Source: an uncultured Opitutales bacterium
GTDB lineage: Bacteria; Verrucomicrobiota; Verrucomicrobiia; Opitutales; Intestinicryptomonadaceae
NCBI GenBank assembly: GCA_934613415.1
Contig: CAKTSY010000003.1
Location: forward strand, 1 to 32,000
Length of the DNA stretch: 32,000 bases
Direction: 5' to 3'
Positions 17,716 through 25,494 of the stretch are shown piece by piece (positions within the stretch are counted from its first letter, which is position 1; each line of letters opens with the position of its first letter). Both the position numbers and the translations under genes were made by a program. Below the pieces are notes generated by a model. It made no database searches. It was not told the origin of the DNA and saw only the letters and a list, made by a program, of their open reading frames with translations.

Positions 17716-17755
17716 AAAAAAACACAAGCCGACAATATAGAACTTGTCGGCTTGT
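17716..17755 (-). terminator. intrinsic terminator of asd
   Basis: A perfect 12-bp stem pairs ACAAGCCGACAA (17724-17735) with TTGTCGGCTTGT (17744-17755). On the minus strand it is followed by GTTTTTTT. Confidence 0.75.
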
Positions 17756-17789
17756 AAATTTATATTTATGCAAAAAACTTGATTGTTTT

Positions 17790-18788
17790 CTACAGCAATT
17801 CGGCAATTTGAACCGCGTTAAGGGCTGCGCCCTTCCAAAGCTGGTCGCCCGTTACCCAGAAAGACAAACCGTTGTCGAAAGCAATATCTTTGCGGATTCT
17901 GCCTACTGCGCACTTTTCCCTCTTTTGCGAGAACAAGGGCATTGGATATTTGTTGTTCTTCGGGTCGTCCACAAGCTCTGCACCCGAAAATTCCGAAATA
18001 GCCTTGCGGGCAAGTTCTACATCTACGGGTTTTTCGAACTCGGCGTTAATTGCAACCGAGTGCGCCCTCATTACGGGAACGCGCACACATGTTGTAGAGC
18101 ATTTCAACGCGGGCATTTCCAAAATCTTGCGGCTTTCGTTTACCATTTTCATTTCCTCTTTGGTGTAGCCGGTATCCAAGAAAACGTCTACATGGGGAAG
18201 CGCGTTAAAGGCAATTTGGTAGGGATATACCTTAACTTCGGGCTTTTCGCCCTTTGCAAAGGCCTTTACCTGGTTTTCGAGCTCTTGCATTGCGGCAACG
18301 CCGGTGCCCGAAACCGCCTGATATGTAGCCGCAAAAAATCTTTTAAGCCCGAATGCCTTGTTTAGCGGGCACAGCGCCATAAGCGAAATTGCCGTTGTGC
18401 AATTTGGGTTGGCTATAATGTTCTTGTGGTTTTTAAGCGCGTGGGCGTTAACTTCGGGAACTATCAGGGGCACGTTTTCGTCCATTCTAAACGCCGAAGA
18501 ATTGTCTATTGCAACGCAGTTGCGCTTTGCGGCCTCGGGAACTAATGCCTTGGAAACGCTGCCGCCTGCGCTGAATATTGCTATGTCCAAATTTTCGAAG
18601 CTTTCGGGTTTTGCCTCCTGAACAGTAAATTTATTTCCGTCTTTTTCGATTGTTTTGCCCGCACTGCGAGCCGATGCCAAAAGCGTCAATTCGCTCATGG
18701 GAAAATTTCTGGCAAACAAAAGGTCAATAAGCTCTTGACCAACTGCGCCTGTTGCGCCAACAATTCCAACTCTATACTTCTTACTCAT
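17790..18788 (-). CDS. asd: aspartate-semialdehyde dehydrogenase
   Basis: 332 aa. The NAD(P)-binding motif is VGIVGATGAVGQELIDLL, the active-site Cys context is IANPNCTTAISLMAL, and the C-terminal segment is WVTGDQLWKGAALNAVQIAE. Confidence 0.93.
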   Translation of the reverse strand: MSKKYRVGIVGATGAVGQELIDLLFARNFPMSELTLLASARSAGKTIEKDGNKFTVQEAKPESFENLDIAIFSAGGSVSKALVPEAAKRNCVAIDNSSAFRMDENVPLIVPEVNAHALKNHKNIIANPNCTTAISLMALCPLNKAFGLKRFFAATYQAVSGTGVAAMQELENQVKAFAKGEKPEVKVYPYQIAFNALPHVDVFLDTGYTKEEMKMVNESRKILEMPALKCSTTCVRVPVMRAHSVAINAEFEKPVDVELARKAISEFSGAELVDDPKNNKYPMPLFSQKREKCAVGRIRKDIAFDNGLSFWVTGDQLWKGAALNAVQIAELL

Positions 18789-18792
18789 AACT

Positions 18793-19344
18793 ATGAAGCC
18801 GTTTATTGATGATTTTTATTCTTTTTGCGATTTCTTGAAAATAGAAAGAACCAAGTTTTGCATATTTGTGGAAATTGGCGAGCAAAAACTTTATCTTTTT
18901 GAAAACGGGGTTTTTAAGCTCGAGTTCAACGTTTCGACATCGCGCAAGCCCCCTTGCTGTGTAAAAGATTCTTTGGGAACTCCTTTGGGGCTGCATTTTA
19001 TAGACGGCAAAATAGGCGAAAACGAAGACTTAGACACTGTTTTTATTGCCAGAAAGCCCGTAGGCAAAATTTCGCAACAGCCCGACAACACGGTAAATAT
19101 GATAACCACGCGCATAATGCGCCTAAGGGGTTTGCAAGAGGGCGTAAACCGCGGCGACAATGTAGACACTTTTGAGCGCTTTGTTTACATTCACGGCACA
19201 AACCAAACCGAAAAAATCGGCACGCCAAACAGCCACGGCTGCGTGCTGCTTGCCCCCAACGACATGAAAAAACTATTCGACATTGTAGACGACAAAAGCC
19301 TTGTTTACATTTACATAGACAAACCAGAATTTGCGCGAAGTTAA
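18793..19344 (+). CDS. L,D-transpeptidase (YkuD) domain protein
   Basis: 183 aa. The YkuD catalytic signature is YIHGTNQTEKIGTPNSHGCVLL (His...Ser-His-Gly-Cys). The start at 18793 is only 4 nt from the divergent asd start, and no alternative ATG exists upstream of the domain. Confidence 0.75.
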   Translation: MKPFIDDFYSFCDFLKIERTKFCIFVEIGEQKLYLFENGVFKLEFNVSTSRKPPCCVKDSLGTPLGLHFIDGKIGENEDLDTVFIARKPVGKISQQPDNTVNMITTRIMRLRGLQEGVNRGDNVDTFERFVYIHGTNQTEKIGTPNSHGCVLLAPNDMKKLFDIVDDKSLVYIYIDKPEFARS

Positions 19345-19422
19345 ACGATGCTAAAAAACCGCTTTTATTGCTTTACACAAAAGGCAAAATGCGGAGAATG
19401 TAAGGCAAAAACAGACAATCCT

Positions 19423-20823
19423 ATGCCCGACAGCATTCTTATAGTAGACGACGAAAAACACACAAGAGACGGACTTAAAGCCGCCTTGTCGATAGACTAC
19501 GATGTTGCGGGGGCGGCCAATGTAGAGGAGGCAAAACGCCTTTTGCAGGCCGAAAAATTCGACTTGGTGCTTACCGATTTAAGAATGGGCACACAGTCGG
19601 GAATGAATCTTTTAGAGTATGTAAAAAATTCGCACCCTAAATGCCTCTGCATTATGATGACCGCCTACGGGACTATTGCGTCGGCGGTAGAGGCAATGCG
19701 CAAGGGGGCATGCGACTTTATAACAAAGCCCATAGATTTAGACACTTTAGACGCGATAATAAAAAAGGCTTTGGCCCAGCGCGAGAAAGAGGAAACACCC
19801 CTGCCCCAGCAAAACACGCAAGGCGCGCAGCCAACGCAACAAAAAAAGCAACCACAGCCGCAAACGCCCGACGAAAAATTTAAAATAATTTCGCAAAGCC
19901 CCGTTTTCGAAAAAGTTTTACAGGAAGCGAAAAAGGCCGCGGCTTCGAAAGCGACGATTTTGCTTACGGGCGAAACGGGAACGGGCAAAGAGTTGGTAGC
20001 CCACTACATACACAAAAACTCTCCTCGAAGCCAAAATCCCTTTGTGGTTGTGCACTGCTCGGCAATTCCGTCGACTTTGCTAGAATCGGAACTTTTCGGC
20101 TACGAAAAGGGAGCATTTACAGGAGCTGTTGCCCGCAAGATTGGCAAGTTTGAGGCGGCGAACAACGGAACGGTTTTCCTTGACGAAATAGGCGAAATAG
20201 ACGCAACTACGCAAGTAAAACTGCTGCGCTTTTTGGAGAGCAAAAGCTTTGAAAGAATAGGCAACACCGAAAGCATTACGGTAGACGCGCGCCTTGTTTG
20301 CGCGACAAACAAAAACCTTGCCGAGATGGTCGAAAACGGCGAATTTAGGCAGGATTTATTCTACAGGCTAAACGTCGTTCAAATTTGCCTGCCGCCGTTA
20401 AGAGAACGCCCCGAAGACATAGAACCTATGCTAAAATACTACATTTCGTATTTTGCAAAGGAAAACGGTTTGCCCGAGTTGGAGATATCCAAAGGCGCTT
20501 TGGACATTTTAAAGGCGTATGCGTGGCCAGGCAACATAAGAGAGCTTAGGAATTTTTGCGAAAACAAAGTTGTAATGCAAAGTTCCAACACCATTACCGA
20601 AAGCGATTTAGACGGCAGGTTTTCGCTTAGCGCGGGCGATTTTGCGTTGCATACAAACGTTTCCGAAAACGCAAACAGCCTTTCGAAACGCGACAACGAG
20701 CTTGCCCTCATAAAAAAAGCCCTAAAAGAAACGGGCAACAACAAGACAAAAGCTGCCGAACTTATGGGCATTTCGCGCAGAACGCTTCACCGCAAATTAA
20801 ACGAATTCGGGCTGGAGCAATAG
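19423..20823 (+). CDS. sigma-54-dependent response regulator (NtrC-type bacterial enhancer-binding protein)
   Basis: The REC domain has ILIVDDEKHTRDGL and DLVLTDLRMG. The AAA+ domain has Walker A GETGTGKE and the GAFTGA sigma-54 contact loop. The Fis-type HTH is NKTKAAELMGISRRTLHRKL. The start is set at ATG 19423 (MPDSILIVDDE); the track ORF starts 25 codons earlier. Confidence 0.9.
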   Translation: MPDSILIVDDEKHTRDGLKAALSIDYDVAGAANVEEAKRLLQAEKFDLVLTDLRMGTQSGMNLLEYVKNSHPKCLCIMMTAYGTIASAVEAMRKGACDFITKPIDLDTLDAIIKKALAQREKEETPLPQQNTQGAQPTQQKKQPQPQTPDEKFKIISQSPVFEKVLQEAKKAAASKATILLTGETGTGKELVAHYIHKNSPRSQNPFVVVHCSAIPSTLLESELFGYEKGAFTGAVARKIGKFEAANNGTVFLDEIGEIDATTQVKLLRFLESKSFERIGNTESITVDARLVCATNKNLAEMVENGEFRQDLFYRLNVVQICLPPLRERPEDIEPMLKYYISYFAKENGLPELEISKGALDILKAYAWPGNIRELRNFCENKVVMQSSNTITESDLDGRFSLSAGDFALHTNVSENANSLSKRDNELALIKKALKETGNNKTKAAELMGISRRTLHRKLNEFGLEQ

Positions 20824-20837
20824 CGGGCTGTTGTATC

Positions 20838-20866
20838 TTGACACGCGCAAGCTAGATTGGTATCTT
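20838..20866 (+). promoter_or_regulatory. sigma-70-type promoter of the SGNH hydrolase gene (near-leaderless)
   Basis: TTGACA (20838-20843), 17 nt, then TATCTT (20861-20866), with TG at the extended -10 position (20858-20859). The predicted transcription start is about 20872-20874 and the ATG is at 20875. Confidence 0.45.
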
Positions 20867-20874
20867 TTGCGCAT

Positions 20875-21627
20875 ATGATGAAAAAATTACTTTGCATATT
20901 CCTTGCACTGTCAACTTCGTTTGCCCTGTTTGCACAGGCAAACGCCCAAACAGCAAAAAAAGAGCCCCAAAAGCCAAAGGCCGCGCAAAAGGCGCAACCA
21001 AGCCGCTATGGCATAGACTGGCCGAATTTCGGCAGATACCACAACGCAAATTTGCAGGTAAAAGAAAGGCCCGTTGCCGTATTTATGGGCGACTCGATTA
21101 CCGACGGCTGGGCGCGCAGCGACCCGAAGTTTTTCAGCGACAACAACTATATCGGCAGGGGCATTAGCGGGCAAACGACAATGCAAATGCTTGTAAGGTT
21201 TAGGCGCGACGTTGTAGACCTAAAGCCGGCCGTAGTTGTAATTTTGGCGGGCACAAACGACTTGGCTCTAAACAACGGCTTTATTGCAAAGGAAAACATT
21301 GTAGGCAACCTGATTTCGATGTGCGAAATAGCAAAGGCAAACAACGTAAAAGTCATTCTTTGCTCGATTACGCCGGTAAGCGAATACAAGTGGAGAAAGG
21401 AAGTTAAAAACCCGGCAGACCTTGTAAGGCAGACAAACGCAATGATTAAGCATTATGCCGAAAAGAACAACATAAAGTATCTCGACTACCACAGCGCGCT
21501 TGCCGACGAGCTGGGCGGCTTGGCCGTTCCGAAACACTCGCACGACACGGTGCACCCGAATATGGATTGCTACAAGATTATGGAAAAAATGGTAAAGCAG
21601 GCCATAAACGAAGTTGTTTCGAAATAG
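20875..21627 (+). CDS. secreted SGNH/GDSL hydrolase
   Basis: The start is set at MMKKLLCIFLALSTSFALFAQA (signal peptide). Four blocks are present: block I VFMGDSITDGW, block II GISGQTT, block III AGTNDL, block V HDTVHPN. Confidence 0.85.
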   Translation: MMKKLLCIFLALSTSFALFAQANAQTAKKEPQKPKAAQKAQPSRYGIDWPNFGRYHNANLQVKERPVAVFMGDSITDGWARSDPKFFSDNNYIGRGISGQTTMQMLVRFRRDVVDLKPAVVVILAGTNDLALNNGFIAKENIVGNLISMCEIAKANNVKVILCSITPVSEYKWRKEVKNPADLVRQTNAMIKHYAEKNNIKYLDYHSALADELGGLAVPKHSHDTVHPNMDCYKIMEKMVKQAINEVVSK

Positions 21628-21653
21628 CGATTTTTAACCCATTTTAATTTTCA

Positions 21654-21683
21654 AGCCGCAGTAGTTTTACTGCGGTTTTTTTG
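21654..21683 (+). terminator. intrinsic terminator of the SGNH hydrolase gene
   Basis: Stem CCGCAGTA (21656-21663) pairs with TACTGCGG (21668-21675) around a GTTT loop. T7 follows. Confidence 0.75.
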
Positions 21684-21936
21684 TGCGCAAAATTTGCCGC
21701 TAGCAATATTTTTGCCGTAGCACTTTTCGTTAAAAAATTTGTCTACAAAACTTTTCACGGACGGATTTTGTGCCGAAAGTTCGGCAAATATGCGCCGCCA
21801 TTAAGCCCTTTTTTGCCTAAATATTTTTAATTAAAAGCCTTGTGGTTTTGTACGATTGCCAAACTACGGAACCAAATTCCGCAACAAAAAATGCGTCGCA
21901 CCGTGCGGCGCAAAAACACAAAAGAAAGGAAATATT

Positions 21937-22521
21937 ATGTTATTGGGAACAAGATACCCCACTTTGGCTTTTCACACCGGCGGCGCAGGCCAGTCCGACG
22001 ACGGAATACCGCCCCAACCATTCGAAACTTTTTGCTACGACAGCGCGCTGCTCGAGGCTAAGATAGAAAACTTCAACGTTGTGCCCTACACTTCGGTTTT
22101 GCCCAAGGAACTTTACGGAAACATTGTTCCCGCAGAAAAGGTTGCAAAAAACTTTAAGCACGGCGCAGTTTTAGAGGTTATTATTGCAGGCAACGGGGCA
22201 AGACTTACCGACCACAGGGCAATAGCAACGGGAGTTGGCATTTGCTGGGGCAAAGACGCCAAAGGCGAGCTTATAGGCGGCTGGGCTGCCGAATATGTGG
22301 AATATTTCGACACCTATATAGACGACGACATTGCCCGAACCCACTGCGAAATGTGGCTAAACAAATCGCTTAACCACGAGCTTGAAATACGCAACGTAAA
22401 AAAGCACAGCGAATTTCAAATATTCCACAACTTTATAAACATCGAAAAAAGCTTCGGCTACTGCCTTACGGCGTTGGGATTTTTGAACTTCGAATTTGCC
22501 GAACCCGTTAAACTGAAGTAG
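21937..22521 (+). CDS. pdaD: pyruvoyl-dependent arginine decarboxylase (PvlArgDC/AaxB family) proenzyme
   Basis: The start is set at ATG 21937, with AAAGGA 7 nt upstream, giving 194 aa. Counting from this start, [12 protein letters not shown] places Thr52-Ser53 exactly where chlamydial AaxB self-cleaves to form the pyruvoyl group. The size and the downstream segment [19 protein letters not shown] fit the family. Confidence 0.8.
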   Translation: MLLGTRYPTLAFHTGGAGQSDDGIPPQPFETFCYDSALLEAKIENFNVVPYTSVLPKELYGNIVPAEKVAKNFKHGAVLEVIIAGNGARLTDHRAIATGVGICWGKDAKGELIGGWAAEYVEYFDTYIDDDIARTHCEMWLNKSLNHELEIRNVKKHSEFQIFHNFINIEKSFGYCLTALGFLNFEFAEPVKLK

Positions 22522-22533
22522 AAAGGCATAGAA

Positions 22534-24108
22534 ATGTCCGACCAAAATTCGCCGAACGACTCAGCCAAAAAACTTGGAACTTTGGGGCTTGCCGCCATTG
22601 TGGTAAGCTCGATGATTGGCGGGGGAATTTTCAGCCTTCCGCAAAATATGGCGGCCTCGGCGGGGTTGGCCGCTGTTTTAATTGCATGGGTTATTACGGG
22701 AGTGGGCGTATTTTTTATAGCCAACTCCTTTAAAACCCTTTCGTTTGTAAGGCCCGACCTTACCGCAGGCATTTATATGTACGGCAAGGAGGGATTCGGC
22801 AAATACGCGGGCTTTACGGTTGCCTGGGGCTACTGGCTTTGCCAGATTTTCGGCAACGTAGGGTACGCTATAATTACAATGGACGCTTTAAACTACTTTT
22901 TCCCCGGCAAGTTTGCAGGCGGCAACAACGCGCTTTCCATAATAATTGGCTCGCTGCTAATTTGGGTGTTCAACTTTGCAGTTTTAAAGGGCACAAAGCA
23001 GGCCTCGGCAATAAACATAATAGGAACCATTGGCAAACTTGTACCCATTTTTGTTTTCATTATTGCAATGGTTTTTGTGTTCAATTTCGATAAATTTTCG
23101 TTCGACGTTTTCGGCAACCTTACTACAAACGGCGAACACAATTTGGGAACTTTGCCCGCACAAATTAAAAGCACAATGCTTGTAACACTATGGGCGTTTA
23201 TAGGCATAGAGGGCGCGGTTGTAATGTCGGGGCGCGCAAAGAGCCAAAAGGACGTAGGCTATGCAACAATTCTGGGCTTTTCGGGCGGGCTTATTGTTTT
23301 TGTGCTGCTTTCGGTGCTGCCATACGGCTTTATGTCGCAGGCCGAACTTGCCGACATAGCAAACCCGTCTACAGCGGGCATTCTCGAAAAGGCCGTCGGC
23401 ACTTGGGGTGCATATTTAATGAACATAGGCCTTATAGTTGCGGTTTTGGCAAGCTGGCTTGCCTGGACTATGATTACCGCCGAAGTTCCGTTTGCCGCGG
23501 CAAACGACAGCACATTCCCCAAATTTTTTGCGGCGCAAAACGCAAAGGGCGCGCCCAGCGCATCGCTTTGGACTACAAGCCTTACAATGCAGGCCGCAAT
23601 TTTGTTTGCCGCATTTTCAAGCAACGCATGGAACACAATGCTTAGCATTACAAGCGTTATGGTGCTTTTTCCCTATTTAACAAGTATGTTGTTTTTGTGC
23701 AAATGCGCGTTTAGCGAATCGATTTGCAGGGGAACAAACGCGCGCTTTTGCAAAAAGGCGGCTTTGCTTTCGGGCGTAGTGGGCGCAATATATACGCTGT
23801 GGCTTATATATGCCGCAGGCATAGACTATGTTTTGCTTTCGGTAATATTTTTAACATTGGGCATTCCCGTTTATATGTGGGCACAAAAAGAAAGAAATTT
23901 GCCCGCCTTTAACAGAACCGAACGCTTGGCGGCAATAGTACTTGTTGTCGTTTCGATTGCGGCAATAGTGCTAATGCTCGACAATAAACTGCCCGCATTC
24001 GAAAACACGGCACAACAAACAACCCAGCAAACCACAAAGCCCGAACAAAAGCATTCAAAGCTAATAAAGCGGCACGGGCACAGCCTTCCCATAAAACAAA
24101 ACCAATAG
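22534..24108 (+). CDS. APC superfamily basic amino acid/polyamine antiporter (ArcD-like); predicted arginine:agmatine exchanger
   Basis: 524 aa with about 12-13 TM segments. The N-terminal signature is LAAIVVSSMIGGGIFSLPQNMAASAG. It starts 12 nt after the decarboxylase stop. The C-terminal ~45 aa form a Q/T/K-rich tail (AQQTTQQTTKPEQKH). Confidence 0.8.
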   Translation: MSDQNSPNDSAKKLGTLGLAAIVVSSMIGGGIFSLPQNMAASAGLAAVLIAWVITGVGVFFIANSFKTLSFVRPDLTAGIYMYGKEGFGKYAGFTVAWGYWLCQIFGNVGYAIITMDALNYFFPGKFAGGNNALSIIIGSLLIWVFNFAVLKGTKQASAINIIGTIGKLVPIFVFIIAMVFVFNFDKFSFDVFGNLTTNGEHNLGTLPAQIKSTMLVTLWAFIGIEGAVVMSGRAKSQKDVGYATILGFSGGLIVFVLLSVLPYGFMSQAELADIANPSTAGILEKAVGTWGAYLMNIGLIVAVLASWLAWTMITAEVPFAAANDSTFPKFFAAQNAKGAPSASLWTTSLTMQAAILFAAFSSNAWNTMLSITSVMVLFPYLTSMLFLCKCAFSESICRGTNARFCKKAALLSGVVGAIYTLWLIYAAGIDYVLLSVIFLTLGIPVYMWAQKERNLPAFNRTERLAAIVLVVVSIAAIVLMLDNKLPAFENTAQQTTQQTTKPEQKHSKLIKRHGHSLPIKQNQ

Positions 24109-24140
24109 CACGCAATTTTTGCGAAAAAACAAAATTTGCA

Positions 24141-24170
24141 AACCGCACTTTTTTAGGTGCGGTTTTTTTG
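24141..24170 (+). terminator. intrinsic terminator of the decarboxylase-antiporter operon
   Basis: Stem ACCGCAC (24142-24148) pairs with GTGCGGT (24158-24164), followed by T-run. It falls inside the 5' extension of track ORF 24157..25494, which argues against that extension. Confidence 0.75.
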
Positions 24171-24269
24171 CGTTTGTAAAAAAGCAATATGCAAACCTAA
24201 GCCCGAAAAATTTTCCCTTCGTAAAATATTCCAAATAAAAAAATTCTCGCAAAAAGCTCAAACCGTTTT

Positions 24270-24298
24270 TTGCGCACTTAAAATATGTGCGCTATTGT
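24270..24298 (+). promoter_or_regulatory. candidate promoter and palindromic operator immediately upstream of the portal gene
   Basis: TTGCGC (24270-24275), 17 nt, then TATTGT (24293-24298). The inverted repeat GCGCAC (24272-24277) / GTGCGC (24287-24292) spans the -35 and spacer. An alternative -10, TAAAAT, lies at 24279-24284. The portal ATG is at 24307. Confidence 0.35.
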
Positions 24299-24306
24299 TG
24301 GCGACG

Positions 24307-25494
24307 ATGAACGCGAAAAATATATCCTCGCTTACGGGAAGCTGTAATTTAAGAAACGGCTTTAACCCCATAAGAAATTTACGACCCGAAACACTGGCAA
24401 ATGCGCTAGATTCCTTTTCGTTCGGAATACTCGCACCCGCCGCAAAAATATTTGGCGCAATACTAGAAAGAGACGACCTTATAAGCGCACTTGCACTTAA
24501 AAGGAAAAAGGCGGTATCGCGCCTAGACTACGAAATTGTAAAAAAAGATTTTTCCGACAAAGCGCAGCAACACGCAAAAATCTTGACCGACTTTTACAGC
24601 ACAGTCAAAGCAAAGAGCGTTGTAGACGCAAACTTAACGGGATCATTAAGGCTGCTTATTTCGCAGATGATGGACGCCGTTGCAATGAAATATAGCGTGC
24701 ATAAAATAGAATATAAGTGCGTTAACGGCAAAGTATGCGCAAAGTTTACGCAATATCCCCTTTGGCTTTTCGAAAACAAAAGCGGACGCTTAAGACTGCT
24801 TAAAAACCCAAACGACATTTCCGCAGACGGTACGCCCCTAAACGGAAACGAATGGATGACAACCTGCGGCGACGGGCTTATGACAGCGTCGTCGATAGCG
24901 TATATATTCAAACAGCTGCCTCTAAAAGACTGGCTTGTTTATTGCGAAAGAAACGGTATGCCTGGCATAAAGGCAAAAACCGACGCGTATCCGGGGTCTC
25001 CGCAATGGGAGGCTGCCTGCAAGGCGGTAAGCGACTTTGGCGCGGAATTTAGCGCGGTGCTTTCGCAGGGGACCGACATAGACGCCATAGATATTTCAAC
25101 CTCGGGCGAGCTGCCCTACAAGGCGCTAATAGAGCGCATAGACAAAACTTTGTGCTCGCTTTGGCGCGGGGCAGACTTGTCGACAATGTCTAACAAAGAC
25201 TCTTCGGGGGCAAGTCTGCAATGGTACGAAAGCTCGCTTTTAGAGGAAGACGACGTTTCGAACATAAACGAAACACTGAATGAAAATGTAGACAAAACCG
25301 TTATTCGCTTGGCTTTGGGCGACGATGAACCCCTTGCAAAATTCAAGCTTAAGCTGCCCGACTACGAAATGCACAAAGACGAGCTGGACATAATAGAGCG
25401 TCTTGTAAAGTTGGGGCTTAAACCCGACACGGCAAAATTGGCAAAGATGTTTTCGTTCCCCTGCAAAAAAGACGGCGACAATGAAGAAGTTTAA
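24307..25494 (+). CDS. phage portal protein, Mu gp29 / DUF935-like
   Basis: The start is set at ATG 24307 (MNAKNISS...), downstream of the terminator. The N-terminal pattern LRPETLANALDSFSFGILAPAAKIFGAILERDDLISALALKRKKAVSRLDYEIV follows the DUF935 pattern (L..il..a..G........me.rD..i.....kRk.av..l.w.i). At 395 aa it is short for the family. Confidence 0.7.
   Translation: MNAKNISSLTGSCNLRNGFNPIRNLRPETLANALDSFSFGILAPAAKIFGAILERDDLISALALKRKKAVSRLDYEIVKKDFSDKAQQHAKILTDFYSTVKAKSVVDANLTGSLRLLISQMMDAVAMKYSVHKIEYKCVNGKVCAKFTQYPLWLFENKSGRLRLLKNPNDISADGTPLNGNEWMTTCGDGLMTASSIAYIFKQLPLKDWLVYCERNGMPGIKAKTDAYPGSPQWEAACKAVSDFGAEFSAVLSQGTDIDAIDISTSGELPYKALIERIDKTLCSLWRGADLSTMSNKDSSGASLQWYESSLLEEDDVSNINETLNENVDKTVIRLALGDDEPLAKFKLKLPDYEMHKDELDIIERLVKLGLKPDTAKLAKMFSFPCKKDGDNEEV

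Noticed and set aside
20858-20873. Sigma-54-like element TGGTATCTTTTGCGCA next to the sigma-54 activator gene
   Set aside because: The TTGC is 8 nt, not 10 nt, after the GG. The GC with correct spacing lacks the TT. A transcription start 12 nt downstream would also fall inside the SGNH coding sequence. A sigma-70 extended -10 promoter (TTGACA-N17-TGgTATCTT) explains the sequence better.
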